Assembly: GCA_964450865.1 (NCBI GenBank)
Contig: CAYVHB010000004.1
Coordinates: 40,363 to 104,362, forward strand
From: an uncultured Oscillospiraceae bacterium
GTDB lineage: Bacteria; Bacillota; Clostridia; Saccharofermentanales; UBA5734
Length of the DNA: 64,000 bases
Direction of reading: 5' to 3'
Positions 18,475 through 27,721 of the stretch are shown one piece after another. Within the stretch, counting starts at the first letter, position 1. Every line of letters starts with the position of its first letter. Position numbers and translations under genes: made by a program. The notes beneath the pieces were generated by a model. That model had not been told where the DNA came from. It was given only the letters and a program-made list of their open reading frames with translations, and did no database searches.

Positions 18475-18508
18475 TTGAATTTTGTTTTTTTATGCATTAT
18501 GATGCATA
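18475..18508 (+). promoter_or_regulatory. argC promoter P2 (TTGAAT-N17-TATGAT) overlapped by 18-bp ARG-box-like palindrome TATGCATTATGATGCATA (18491-18508)
   Basis: Perfect inverted repeat TATGCAT-N4-ATGCATA of ARG-box length (consensus TNTGAATWWWWATTCANW) overlapping the -10 element about 35 nt upstream of argC ATG. Confidence 0.5.
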
Positions 18509-18543
18509 TTTATCACATTCCGGTGGACAAAGGAGATACAGCC

Positions 18544-19599
18544 ATGGAAAAGAAAGCCAGAATCGGCATTGTTGGGGCAACCGGGTACGTGGGTATGGAG
18601 CTGGTCCGGCTCCTGGCGGGTCATCGCCATTTTGTCATGACCCGCCTCGTTTCGCAAAGCTTTGCCGGTAAACGCTTCAGCGAAGTATACCCGGCCTTCC
18701 ATCATCTGGTTGAAACCACCCTCTCGGACCTGGATCTGGATGCGCTGGCATCGGATTGCGACCTGGTGGTAACGGCCTTGCCGCATGGTGTATCCGCCGC
18801 CGTTGTTCCCGAGCTGCTGAATCGCGGCCTGCGCGTTCTCGACCACAGCGGTGACTTCCGCTATAAGGATGTCAAAATATATGAGCAGGCTTACAAGCTT
18901 GAGCATCCGCAGCCTCACCTCCTGCGGGAGGCCGTCTATGGCTTGCCGGAAATATACCGCGAAGCCATTGCGCACGCCCGCCTGGTTGCCAATCCGGGCT
19001 GCTACCCGACTTGCTCTTTGCTGGGCTTGCTGCCGTTGCTGCGTGCCGGACTGATCCGCAATGATGGTATCATCATCGACGCGGTGTCCGGGATCAGCGG
19101 CGCCGGGCGCAAGGCCGACCTGGCCTATTCATTCTGCGAAGCGGAGTCCAGCTATAAGCCCTATGGAGTCGTCGGCCACCGCCATACCAGTGAGATCGAG
19201 CAGGAAGCCGGTTTCCTGGCCGGTAAAAGCAAGCCGCTGACCCTGACCTTTACACCCCATCTGGCACCACTCAAGCGCGGCATGCTGGCCACCATTTATG
19301 CCGACCTGCTGCCATCAGTCGAGCCTGACAGCTTGCCGGAGCTCTATCACCGGACCTATCAGCATGAGTATTTCATCCGGGTCCTGCCGGCCGGCCAATT
19401 GCCGGAAACCCGTCATGTCGCCTATACCAATTTCGCCGACCTTGCCGTCCACACGGATAAGCGGACCGGCAAAGTCAAGGTGTTCTGCGCCATTGACAAC
19501 CTGGGGAAAGGCGCCGCCGCCCAGGCTGTCCAGGCGCTGAATCTGATGGCGGGCTTTGATGAGAGTGAAGGGCTGATTGCCGCCGGCGGCTCGATCTGA
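18544..19599 (+). CDS. argC: N-acetyl-gamma-glutamyl-phosphate reductase
   Basis: MEKKARIGIVGATGYVGMELVRLL NAD-binding N-terminus, catalytic Cys block ANPGCYPT; RBS AAAGGAG. Confidence 0.9.
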   Translation: MEKKARIGIVGATGYVGMELVRLLAGHRHFVMTRLVSQSFAGKRFSEVYPAFHHLVETTLSDLDLDALASDCDLVVTALPHGVSAAVVPELLNRGLRVLDHSGDFRYKDVKIYEQAYKLEHPQPHLLREAVYGLPEIYREAIAHARLVANPGCYPTCSLLGLLPLLRAGLIRNDGIIIDAVSGISGAGRKADLAYSFCEAESSYKPYGVVGHRHTSEIEQEAGFLAGKSKPLTLTFTPHLAPLKRGMLATIYADLLPSVEPDSLPELYHRTYQHEYFIRVLPAGQLPETRHVAYTNFADLAVHTDKRTGKVKVFCAIDNLGKGAAAQAVQALNLMAGFDESEGLIAAGGSI

Positions 19600-19678
19600 C
19601 CGCCAGCACGGGCCGGCAGCGGATGATGCTGCAAAATCTGTCTGAAATTGCCACATAACATTCAGGGGAGGTTCCTTT

Positions 19679-20596
19679 GTGAAAGATATTCAGGATTTAA
19701 TCAGCAAGGCTGAGATATTAATCGAGGCATTACCTTACATCCAGCGCCTGGCTGGCAAGACGGTCGTGATCAAGTATGGCGGCAATGCCATGATCAATGA
19801 GGATCTCAAGACTCACGTCATGGAGGACGTGACCTTGCTCAAATTCATCGGGATCAATCCGGTGCTGGTACATGGCGGCGGCCCGGAAATCAGCGGCATG
19901 CTCAAGCGGCTGGATATCCCCTCGGAGTTTCGCCGTGGCCTGCGCGTGACAGATGCCGAAACGATGGGGGTCGCCCAGATGGTACTGGTCGGCAAGACCA
20001 ACAAGGAAATTGTTGCGCGGCTCAATCAGCTGGGTGCCAAAGCTGTCGGTATCTGTGGCATTGACGGCCGCCTGATCGAGTGCGAGAAACTGACCACGGA
20101 CGACGACGGCCAGCCGCTCGATATCGGCTACGTCGGGAAAATAACGGGCATCAATACCAAGATCCTGGCAACGCTGGCCAGCGACGAATACATTCCGGTC
20201 GTCGCGCCTATCGGCATGGGCGCCAACGGCGAAAGCTATAACATCAATGCCGATACCGTGGCCAGCGAAATCGCCTCGGCGCTGAAAGCCGAGAAACTGA
20301 TGACCCTGACCGATGTGGAAGGCGTCAAGGTCAGGAATGAGCAAGGTGAAGAAACAGTGATCCCAGTCCTGAACCAGGTCGAGATCATGGACATGATTGC
20401 CCGCGGCGTGATCAGCGGCGGGATGATCCCCAAAGTCCTGGGCTGCCTCGATACTGTCCTGCGCGGCGTAGGCCGGGCCCACATTATCGATGGTCGCATC
20501 CCGCATTGCCTCTTGCTGGAGATTTTCACCAACAAGGGCATCGGTACCATGATCACCCAGGAACGCCGGCCCTATTATCAGGGCGAGAAAATCTGA
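19679..20596 (+). CDS. argB: Acetylglutamate kinase
   Basis: [19 protein letters not shown] amino-acid-kinase motifs; GTG start after GGGGAGG RBS. Confidence 0.9.
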   Translation: MKDIQDLISKAEILIEALPYIQRLAGKTVVIKYGGNAMINEDLKTHVMEDVTLLKFIGINPVLVHGGGPEISGMLKRLDIPSEFRRGLRVTDAETMGVAQMVLVGKTNKEIVARLNQLGAKAVGICGIDGRLIECEKLTTDDDGQPLDIGYVGKITGINTKILATLASDEYIPVVAPIGMGANGESYNINADTVASEIASALKAEKLMTLTDVEGVKVRNEQGEETVIPVLNQVEIMDMIARGVISGGMIPKVLGCLDTVLRGVGRAHIIDGRIPHCLLLEIFTNKGIGTMITQERRPYYQGEKI

Positions 20597-20615
20597 AACG
20601 GGAGGATGAACCACC

Positions 20616-21869
20616 ATGACAGACCCTGCAAAGCAATATCCAGGTGAAATATCTGACACCACGCTCGATGAGGTGATTGCTCTCGATGATCAATATTACC
20701 TGCTGGCCTTTGGCCGGCGGACCCCGCTGTGCATCGACCATGGCGAGGGAGTCTGGCTTTACGGAACTGACAGCAGGCGCTATCTTGACCTGATCGGCGG
20801 TATCGCGGTCAATGTCCTGGGCCATGCCCATCCGCGCCTGACCCAGGCGATCTGTCAGCAAGCCGCCAAGGTTATTCACTGCTCCAACTACTTTTATAAT
20901 GAGCCGCAGGCTTTGCTGGCGCAAAAACTGGGTGACCTTTTTGGCGATGGCCGGGTTTTTATCGGCAACAGCGGTGCCGAGGCCAACGAGGCAGCCATCA
21001 AGCTGGCGCGGGGCTACTTTTATAAAAAAGGCCAGCCACGGGCTAAAATCGTCAGTGCCCTGCAGTCCTTCCACGGCCGGACCCTCGCTACGGCAACGGC
21101 TACCGGCCAGAGTAAATACAGCGCACCCTTTGCGCCCCTGCCGGAAGGCTTTGTCCATGTCCCGTTCAACGATCAGGCCGCATTGCGCGCCGCCGTTGAT
21201 GACCAGACTTGCGCGATCATGCTCGAACTGATCCAGGGAGAAAGCGGTGTCCGGCCAGCCGATCCCGAATACGTCGCAACCGCGGTCGAACTCTGCCGGC
21301 TGACCGGTGCCCGCCTGATCATTGACGAAATCCAGACGGGCATGGGCCGGACCGGTCATTTCCTGGCCAGCCAGCTGTATGGCATCCAGCCCGATATTGT
21401 CACCCTGGCCAAGGGACTGGCCGGCGGCGTGCCAATCGGCGCCGTGATTGCCAGCCAGGAGACCGCCACCGGCTTTGCGCCTGGCGACCATGGCAGTACC
21501 TTTGGCGGCAATCCGCTGGCATGTTCTGCTGCCCTGGCGGTACTGGAAACCTATGAAAACGACCACCTGATCGAGCGGGCCAGGCAGATGGGCCAGATCT
21601 TCCGCAGTGAACTCGAGCAAGTAGCCCTGCGCACCGGCCAGATCCGCGAGATCCGCGGCGCCGGCCTGATGCTGGGGGTCGAACTCGCCCAGCCGATTGC
21701 CGCCCAGGTTAAAGCAGCCTGCCTGGGCCAGGGGTATCTGATTGGCGCTGTCGGCACGACTGTGCTGCGCCTCCTGCCACCCCTGATTATCGAGGCGGAA
21801 CCGATCCGCGCGTTCGCCAGCAGTCTTGAGACAATCCTGCTGGCATCACAGGCATCCAACCAGCCATAA
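20616..21869 (+). CDS. argD: Acetylornithine aminotransferase (class III PLP aminotransferase)
   Basis: GNSGAEANEAAIKLAR, DEIQTGMGRTG, LAKGLAGG (PLP-lysine) motifs; RBS GGGAGGA. Confidence 0.9.
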   Translation: MTDPAKQYPGEISDTTLDEVIALDDQYYLLAFGRRTPLCIDHGEGVWLYGTDSRRYLDLIGGIAVNVLGHAHPRLTQAICQQAAKVIHCSNYFYNEPQALLAQKLGDLFGDGRVFIGNSGAEANEAAIKLARGYFYKKGQPRAKIVSALQSFHGRTLATATATGQSKYSAPFAPLPEGFVHVPFNDQAALRAAVDDQTCAIMLELIQGESGVRPADPEYVATAVELCRLTGARLIIDEIQTGMGRTGHFLASQLYGIQPDIVTLAKGLAGGVPIGAVIASQETATGFAPGDHGSTFGGNPLACSAALAVLETYENDHLIERARQMGQIFRSELEQVALRTGQIREIRGAGLMLGVELAQPIAAQVKAACLGQGYLIGAVGTTVLRLLPPLIIEAEPIRAFASSLETILLASQASNQP

Positions 21870-21956
21870 ACAGCGCGGGCCGTGGTCCCGATCGCGCCGG
21901 CTGGTATCCTGGCCGGACCCAGTCAAATCAATATGAAACCGGGAGGGTTTTGTCCT

Positions 21957-22895
21957 ATGAGCATCAGACACCTGATCAGTCTGCACGATCTTCCAGCAGC
22001 CGCGATCATCGACCTGCTTGACCTGGCTGATCGCCTGAAAGCCCAGCAAAAAGCCGGCCAGCCGCATCCCTGGCTCGCCGGCAAAACCCTGGGCATGATC
22101 TTTTCCAAATCATCAACCCGGACCCGCGTATCTTTCGAGGCCGGCATGTACCAGCTGGGTGGCCATGCGCTTTTCCTGAGCAGTAACGATATCCAGCTTG
22201 GCCGCGGCGAGTCGATCAGTGACACGGCCAGGGTGATGTCCCGTTATCTGGATGGCATCATGATCCGGACCTTCGCCCATCAGGATGTCATTGACCTGGC
22301 CCGTTATGGCACCATTCCGATCATCAACGGCCTGACCGACCTGATGCATCCCTGCCAGGTGCTGGCTGACCTGCAGACAATCCGCGAACACAAGGGTCGT
22401 CTGCAGGGCCTGAAACTGGCTTATCTGGGAGACGGCAACAACATGGCCCATTCCTTGCTGCATGGCGCGGCTAAATGCGGCATGGATATCCGGGTGGCAA
22501 CGCCGGCCGGATTTGCATGTGATCCGGGTTGTGTCGAGGAAGCGCGGCAGGATGCTGCGGTTTCCGGTTCGAAAATTATCCTGACCGACGATCCGCAGGC
22601 CGCCATCCGGGACGCTGATGTGGTTTATACGGACACCTGGGTCAGCATGGGCCAGGAAGCGGAGAAGGCCCAGCGCATCGCCCAGTTTGCCGGTTATCAG
22701 GTAAACGAGGACATGATGCGGCTGGCACATCCCGAGGCCATTTTCATGCATTGCCTGCCGGCCTATCGGGGATATGAAGTATCCGCAGCGGTCATTGACG
22801 GCCCCGCTTCCGTGATCTTCGATGAAGCAGAGAACCGGCTGCACGCCCAGAAGGCGGTGCTGGTGCGTCTGCTCAATCCGGACGCCCAGGCATGA
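21957..22895 (+). CDS. argF: Ornithine carbamoyltransferase
   Basis: STRTRVSFE carbamoyl-phosphate motif, HPCQ, HCLP motifs; RBS GGGAGGG; in arg operon. Confidence 0.9.
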   Translation: MSIRHLISLHDLPAAAIIDLLDLADRLKAQQKAGQPHPWLAGKTLGMIFSKSSTRTRVSFEAGMYQLGGHALFLSSNDIQLGRGESISDTARVMSRYLDGIMIRTFAHQDVIDLARYGTIPIINGLTDLMHPCQVLADLQTIREHKGRLQGLKLAYLGDGNNMAHSLLHGAAKCGMDIRVATPAGFACDPGCVEEARQDAAVSGSKIILTDDPQAAIRDADVVYTDTWVSMGQEAEKAQRIAQFAGYQVNEDMMRLAHPEAIFMHCLPAYRGYEVSAAVIDGPASVIFDEAENRLHAQKAVLVRLLNPDAQA

Positions 22896-23404
22896 CGCAT
22901 GCGGAAATCCTGATCCGTCCGGCCAGCCAGGCCGAGGCAGCCGATATCCTGCAGCTGGTACAGTGGGCGATGCAGGTCTATGCCAGCCAGTCAGGCATTA
23001 CCTCACCGCTGGACTCGCAACAGGAAACGCTGACAGACATGCAGCGGCATATCCGCGAAGATCATGTCCTGGTTGCCGAACACAAGGGCCATCTGATTGG
23101 TACCGTCCGCCTGGTGCGCCTGTCGGATAAGACGGCTTATTTCAGCCGCTTTGCTGTCCACCCGCATCTGCAGCGGACCGGTGTTGGCCGGATGCTCTAC
23201 GATGCGGCTGAAATCTGGCTGCGCCAGCATCAGTTTGCTGCAGTTGAATTGCATACGGCGCTCAGCAACGCGGGCCTTGTCGCCTTTTACCAGGGCCGCG
23301 GGTTTATTCTGGTTGAAAGTGAAAACAGCCGCGGTTATACCCGCGGCCGTTTTCGTAAAGAACTGATCGATACCCGTCATCTCAGCGATGCAGTAACGGG
23401 CTGA
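22892..23404 (+). CDS. GNAT family N-acetyltransferase, translationally coupled to argF; candidate short-form N-acetylglutamate synthase
   Basis: ATGA overlap with argF stop; GNAT motif A RTGVGRMLYDAAE; N-terminal IRPASQAEAADILQLV and VLVAEHKGHLIGTVRL resemble mycobacterial short ArgA (Rv2747-type). Confidence 0.7.
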   Translation: MTHAEILIRPASQAEAADILQLVQWAMQVYASQSGITSPLDSQQETLTDMQRHIREDHVLVAEHKGHLIGTVRLVRLSDKTAYFSRFAVHPHLQRTGVGRMLYDAAEIWLRQHQFAAVELHTALSNAGLVAFYQGRGFILVESENSRGYTRGRFRKELIDTRHLSDAVTG

Positions 23405-24035
23405 GGCGCTTGTACATCAGGGCGACAATCAGGGAGACCACAAGGCCTTTAAACAGGTTGAACGGCACAAAAACAAAATAGATCAGGGTCGGCAGATCGG
23501 TCACCAGTTTGTTGCCGACAGCCTGGGTCATGCCGATAATGGCTTCGAGCGGGAAATGCATGACATCAATGTAGAACGGCAGCATGAAAAAGTAATTGAT
23601 CAGGCTGGCAGCGATTGTCATGGCCAGCGTCCCGGATGCCATCGCCAGGAAAGCACCGGAACGGCTTTTCATCAGGCGATAAACCATGCCGGCTGTCCCG
23701 ACAAAAAATGAGCCGATCATGAAATTGGCCAGTTCGCCGACTCCGGCGGTCTGTGTACCGGGCAGGTGAACGAGATTCTTGATCAGTTCGATCAGGATGG
23801 CTGTCAGCGGACCCATGCTGAAGCTGGCCAGCAGAACAGCCACTTCACTGAAGTCAAATTTCAGGAAGGATGGCATCAGGGGCAGGGCCATTTCCAGATA
23901 CATCAGGGCGACAGCAACCGCGGCGAGAATACCGGTCTTGGCAACCCAGTGCGTTCTTTGCCGGTTGACCAGGGCGGTCGGATTTTGACCGGCCGATGCG
24001 GGTGAAACAGAACGGGAGCTTTTTGATTCAATCAT
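23382..24035 (-). CDS. ribU: ECF transporter S component, RibU/YpaA-like (riboflavin)
   Basis: LKFDFSEVAVLLASFSMGPLTAILIELIKNLV and GVGELANFMIGSFF align with B. subtilis RibU blocks; RBS GGAAAGAGGA before ATG 24035; FMN riboswitch upstream. Confidence 0.75.
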   Translation of the reverse strand: MIESKSSRSVSPASAGQNPTALVNRQRTHWVAKTGILAAVAVALMYLEMALPLMPSFLKFDFSEVAVLLASFSMGPLTAILIELIKNLVHLPGTQTAGVGELANFMIGSFFVGTAGMVYRLMKSRSGAFLAMASGTLAMTIAASLINYFFMLPFYIDVMHFPLEAIIGMTQAVGNKLVTDLPTLIYFVFVPFNLFKGLVVSLIVALMYKRLSPLLHR

Positions 24036-24299
24036 GGGTGCAATCCTCTTTCCATCCATTCAAAGATTTGCTCAGGTACTGATGATAACAGGTCCGGGAA
24101 TCCGGTCAGTCCCCGGCAGATTTGTTATGAGGCTGGCGCTTCATGTGCTGACAAAACCGGACTCGGGATCCGGGAATATGGTTTCAGAGGCCTGCAACCT
24201 TATTAATCAGGATGCCAATACCTGCAGGCGGCTACCCAGCTACCCAGCTGAGAAGAAGGCTTCACTGGCCAGAACCTGGCCAGGCCGTACGATACAGAA

Positions 24300-24500
24300 C
24301 TGGACAATAAAAAACCCCCAGGCAAGCGCATGGGGGCATCCGGCAACCTGAAAAACAGGCTATGCCAGTTTCCTATCATCCAGACTATACTGTCGGCCAA
24401 GGAATCACACCTTGTCAGCCTCTTGCGAGGGTCGCGGGCTCGACAGCACATGGCCGCCATCACCGCCGGTAGGGACTTGCACCCTGCCCCGGAAAACTGC
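24300..24500 (-). promoter_or_regulatory. FMN riboswitch (RFN element): aptamer about 24366-24499 plus intrinsic terminator 24303-24336
   Basis: Minus strand reads TTTTCCGGGGCAGGGTGCAAGTCCCTACCGGCGGTGATGG...AGCCCGCGACCC...GGTGTGATTCCTTGGCCGACAGTATAGTCTGGATGATAGGAAA, matching all conserved RFN blocks, then GCCCCCATGCGCTTGCCTGGGGGTTTTTTATTG terminator. Confidence 0.88.
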
Positions 24501-24514
24501 ATTGTCGTCTCGTA

Positions 24515-24541
24515 TTATAGCATGGGGGGCAAAAAATGCAA
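24515..24541 (-). promoter_or_regulatory. Promoter for FMN riboswitch transcript (TTGCAT-N15-TGcTATAAT, extended -10)
   Basis: Seen directly upstream of riboswitch on minus strand. Confidence 0.5.
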
Positions 24542-24607
24542 GGGCAAGCTGGATAAGGTTATTGATCTGAACGGTGGCTTTGCGAACACGATCAGGTAAA
24601 TACCGCT

Positions 24608-25810
24608 TCAGATCAGGTAATTGCTGATATGTTCGTAAATCCCGTCCCGGAGGTAGGCGCGCGGCACCCGTTTGCCAATGATGCACGTGACTTCATAGTT
24701 GATCGTTTCCATCCAGCCGGCAACTTCATCAACCGGCAGTTCAGCCTGATGGCCGGCGTATTGCTGGCGGCCAAAGAGCACCACTTCATCGCCGGTGCGA
24801 ACCTTCTCACGGTCAGGAAGGGCCGTCAGGTCAGCCATGCAGGTATCCATGCAGATCCGGCCAACCACCGGGCAACGCTGGCCATGGATCAGCAGGCTGG
24901 CCCGGCCGGTCAGGCGGCGGGAATAGCCATCGGCGTAACCGATCGGCACAGTGGCAATGACGCTGGTTTGCCCAGTCGTAAACAGGCGGCCATAACTGAT
25001 GCTGGTTCCCGGCGGCACGGTCTTGCTCAGGACAACATTGGACTTCAAAGTCATAGCCGCCTGCAAACCGGGCAACGGCTCGGGACAGTCCGGCGGGATC
25101 ATGCCGTACAAGATCAGGCCGGGACGGACCATGTCAAGATGCATAGCCGGGAAGCGCATGGTCGCCGCGCTGTTGCAGACATGCTTGATGGGAATAGCCA
25201 GGCCTATGCGGTCCAGCTCACGGCTGATGCTCATGAATTGCTCGAACTGGGTCATCACATATCCGGTGTCCGCTTCGTCGGCAGTGGCAAAGTGCGTAAA
25301 GAGTCCTTCGACGATGACGCGCGGCAGGGAACGGATCCAGGTGATGGCTTTGATAGCCTCATAGCCAGCCATAAATCCGACCCGGCCCATGCCGGTATCG
25401 ACCTTGATATGGATGCGGGCGTCACGATCCAGTTCAATCGCCGCTGCTGATAAAGCCTCAGCCAGGTCACGGCTGTAAACCGTCTGGGTCAGCCGGTAGC
25501 GAATAATCTCGGCGGCCCGCCGGGGGTCTGTATAGCCGAGGATCAGAATTGGCACTTCTATTCCGCGCTGACGCAATTGAATGGCCTCGTCGAGCATCGA
25601 AACAGCCAGGCGGCTGACACCGGCCGCCAGCAAAACCGGTACAACGCGCTCCACACCATGGCCGTAGGCATCAGCCTTGACGACGCCCATGATTTCAGTG
25701 GTGCGCCGGGTGTGGTGGCGGATTATGCCAACATTGGCGGCAATGGCATCAAGGTCAACTTCCGCCCAGGAACGATTCAGCAGATAATCCGACAATCGAA
25801 AATCAGTCAT
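24608..25810 (-). CDS. alr: Alanine racemase
   Basis: PLP-lysine motif VVKADAYGHG; C-terminal racemase domain; start MTDF with GGAG RBS, overlaps nnr stop. Confidence 0.9.
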   Translation of the reverse strand: MTDFRLSDYLLNRSWAEVDLDAIAANVGIIRHHTRRTTEIMGVVKADAYGHGVERVVPVLLAAGVSRLAVSMLDEAIQLRQRGIEVPILILGYTDPRRAAEIIRYRLTQTVYSRDLAEALSAAAIELDRDARIHIKVDTGMGRVGFMAGYEAIKAITWIRSLPRVIVEGLFTHFATADEADTGYVMTQFEQFMSISRELDRIGLAIPIKHVCNSAATMRFPAMHLDMVRPGLILYGMIPPDCPEPLPGLQAAMTLKSNVVLSKTVPPGTSISYGRLFTTGQTSVIATVPIGYADGYSRRLTGRASLLIHGQRCPVVGRICMDTCMADLTALPDREKVRTGDEVVLFGRQQYAGHQAELPVDEVAGWMETINYEVTCIIGKRVPRAYLRDGIYEHISNYLI

Positions 25811-27584
25811 GATCATGCTCCATTTCTGCCTGGCCGGCTGGATTCTCCCAGCCGGCTGTCTGGAAAGCCTGGCCAATCGCCTGTAAAACATCGCCTGGCA
25901 GCATGGCGCGATGGCCGCGCCCGATGGCTGCCAGGTCGGCGGCCAGACCATGCAGATAAACAGCGGCGGCCGCCGCAGGCGTAACTGGTAAACCCTGGGC
26001 CAGCAAGCCAGTCAGCAGACCGCAGAGCACGTCCCCGCTGCCCCCCTTGGCCAGCCCCTCATGACCGGTCAGATTGATATAAGTCCGACCAGCAGGATCC
26101 GCTACCACGGTTGAGGCCCCCTTCAGAATGACGACGCAAGACAGGCGGCTGGCCAGCTCACGGGCAGCCGCCTGCCGGTCAGTCTGGTCGATATCTGGTG
26201 CCAGGCGGGAAAACTCGCCCGGATGCGGGGTTAAAACCGGCCATGGCCACTGAGGTTGAAGCAGGTTGCGCTGTCGAAAGCGTTCCTGCCAGACTGGCAT
26301 CTGACGGGCCAGATGGTTGAGGGCATCGGCATCGAGAACCAACGCCGGGGCCATTTCCAGGGCCAGCTGCATGGCTGTCTCCAGCCAGCCAGCCTGGCCG
26401 GCACCCGGACCGATCGCCACCGCCTGCTTGCCGGCAATGAGTGGCAGCAGCAGCGCGGCCAGCAACTGTTCAGGCAAGGATTCAGCCTGGCGGGCGTCCG
26501 GACGCTCACTGCGCGGCCCGGCAGGCTGCTCACTGAGTGGCCCAGGCCGGGACTCTGCGGCACCATCCGGGATTGAGGTCAGCAAGGCTTCCGGCAGAGC
26601 CGGCAAGACCAGGCTGGCGACAGACGAACTGACGCCCAGATACACCAGGCCAGTTCCGGCCCGGGCAGCAGCCGTGCCAGCCAGGCAGATCGCCCCGGCC
26701 AGGCCCGGACTGCCCCCGAGCAGCAAGGCCCGGCCAAACCGGCCTTTATGCCCATCCGGACGTCGCGGCAGACACCAGCTTTTAACCAGCGGGGCATCGA
26801 TGATCTCGGGCAAACTTTCCTGAGCCAGCACCTGCTTCAGCATTCGTTCCGATACACCGATAGAGGCCGTGACCAGGTGCCCCGCGTTGAAACGGCCCGG
26901 GGCCGCAATCAGCCCGGTCTTGGGCCGCACGAATGTGACCGTCGCATCGGCTTCGATCGCTCCCACGGCTACTGCGCCACTGTCGGCGTCAACACCGCTG
27001 GGAATATCGATCGCGATGAGCTGCGAACCGGCTTTTCGCCCGATAGCCAAAGCTGCTGTTAAAGTGGTCACGATTTCCGGTAACGGCCGGCCAACCCGGA
27101 ATCCGGTACCGAATATCCCGTCAATAATCAGGTCAGCCTGCTGCAGGGCAGGATGCAACGGGACATCCGGGCCAGGCTGCACGGGCAGCGGCGGGCGGTC
27201 AGCTGACAGGCAACCGGTTGCTGATACAGATACTAAATCAGCGGCGGGCCATAAGGTGTTACCAAGCCGCAGCCAGGCTTCCCGATTAAGGCTGGCCTCC
27301 GCAGGCAATGGCTCGCCCGGGAAAACCTCGCAACAGTCGACGGTCAATCCTTCAGCCTGCAACAGGCGGGCGCAAGCATAGGCATCCCCGCCATTTTGCC
27401 CCTTGCCGGCCAGCACCAGGACGCGGGCCAGTGAGCGGCCGGATGGTGCAATCAGGCTCAGGCAATAGTGACAGACGGCGGTTGCAGCCTGTTCCATCAG
27501 CAGCAGCAGTGGCAAGCCGGTCTGATGGGTCCAGGCTTCGTCAAGCAGGTGCTGGGCTTTTCTTCCGATCGTCAGCATATTCAC
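25803..27584 (-). CDS. nnr: Bifunctional NAD(P)H-hydrate repair enzyme Nnr (epimerase YjeF_N + ADP-dependent dehydratase) with internal low-complexity insertion
   Basis: N-terminal LVLAGKGQNGGDAYACARLL and DGIFGTGF (YjeF_N); C-terminal carbohydrate-kinase-like domain GGSPGLAGAI, GHEGLAKGGSGDVL; about 70-aa Pro/Ser/Arg-rich insert. Confidence 0.85.
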   Translation of the reverse strand: MNMLTIGRKAQHLLDEAWTHQTGLPLLLLMEQAATAVCHYCLSLIAPSGRSLARVLVLAGKGQNGGDAYACARLLQAEGLTVDCCEVFPGEPLPAEASLNREAWLRLGNTLWPAADLVSVSATGCLSADRPPLPVQPGPDVPLHPALQQADLIIDGIFGTGFRVGRPLPEIVTTLTAALAIGRKAGSQLIAIDIPSGVDADSGAVAVGAIEADATVTFVRPKTGLIAAPGRFNAGHLVTASIGVSERMLKQVLAQESLPEIIDAPLVKSWCLPRRPDGHKGRFGRALLLGGSPGLAGAICLAGTAAARAGTGLVYLGVSSSVASLVLPALPEALLTSIPDGAAESRPGPLSEQPAGPRSERPDARQAESLPEQLLAALLLPLIAGKQAVAIGPGAGQAGWLETAMQLALEMAPALVLDADALNHLARQMPVWQERFRQRNLLQPQWPWPVLTPHPGEFSRLAPDIDQTDRQAAARELASRLSCVVILKGASTVVADPAGRTYINLTGHEGLAKGGSGDVLCGLLTGLLAQGLPVTPAAAAAVYLHGLAADLAAIGRGHRAMLPGDVLQAIGQAFQTAGWENPAGQAEMEHDHD

Positions 27585-27663
27585 TCATCCCCTGTAAAAT
27601 CAGGTCCGGTGTTATCCGGTTTCAACTGAGGCTGCAGTCCACTGTTTCAGGCTCATTATACCG

Positions 27664-27696
27664 CAAAAAACCCGGATGTCAGCGTGACACCCGGGT
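27664..27696 (-). terminator. Rho-independent terminator after trxA
   Basis: Minus strand ACCCGGGTGTCACGCTGACATCCGGG hairpin followed by TTTTTTG. Confidence 0.6.
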
Positions 27697-27721
27697 ATAC
27701 AGCCGGAACGAACCCAGTATT

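Noticed and set aside
24036-24300. TPP or THF riboswitch in the spacer before ribU-like gene
   Set aside because: CUGAGC present but no pyrimidine-sensor helix or ACCUGAUCUGGAUAAUGC block; no THF consensus. Left as unexplained structured spacer.
24203-24502. 99-aa minus-strand ORF
   Set aside because: Coincides exactly with the FMN riboswitch aptamer/terminator; RNA element, not protein.
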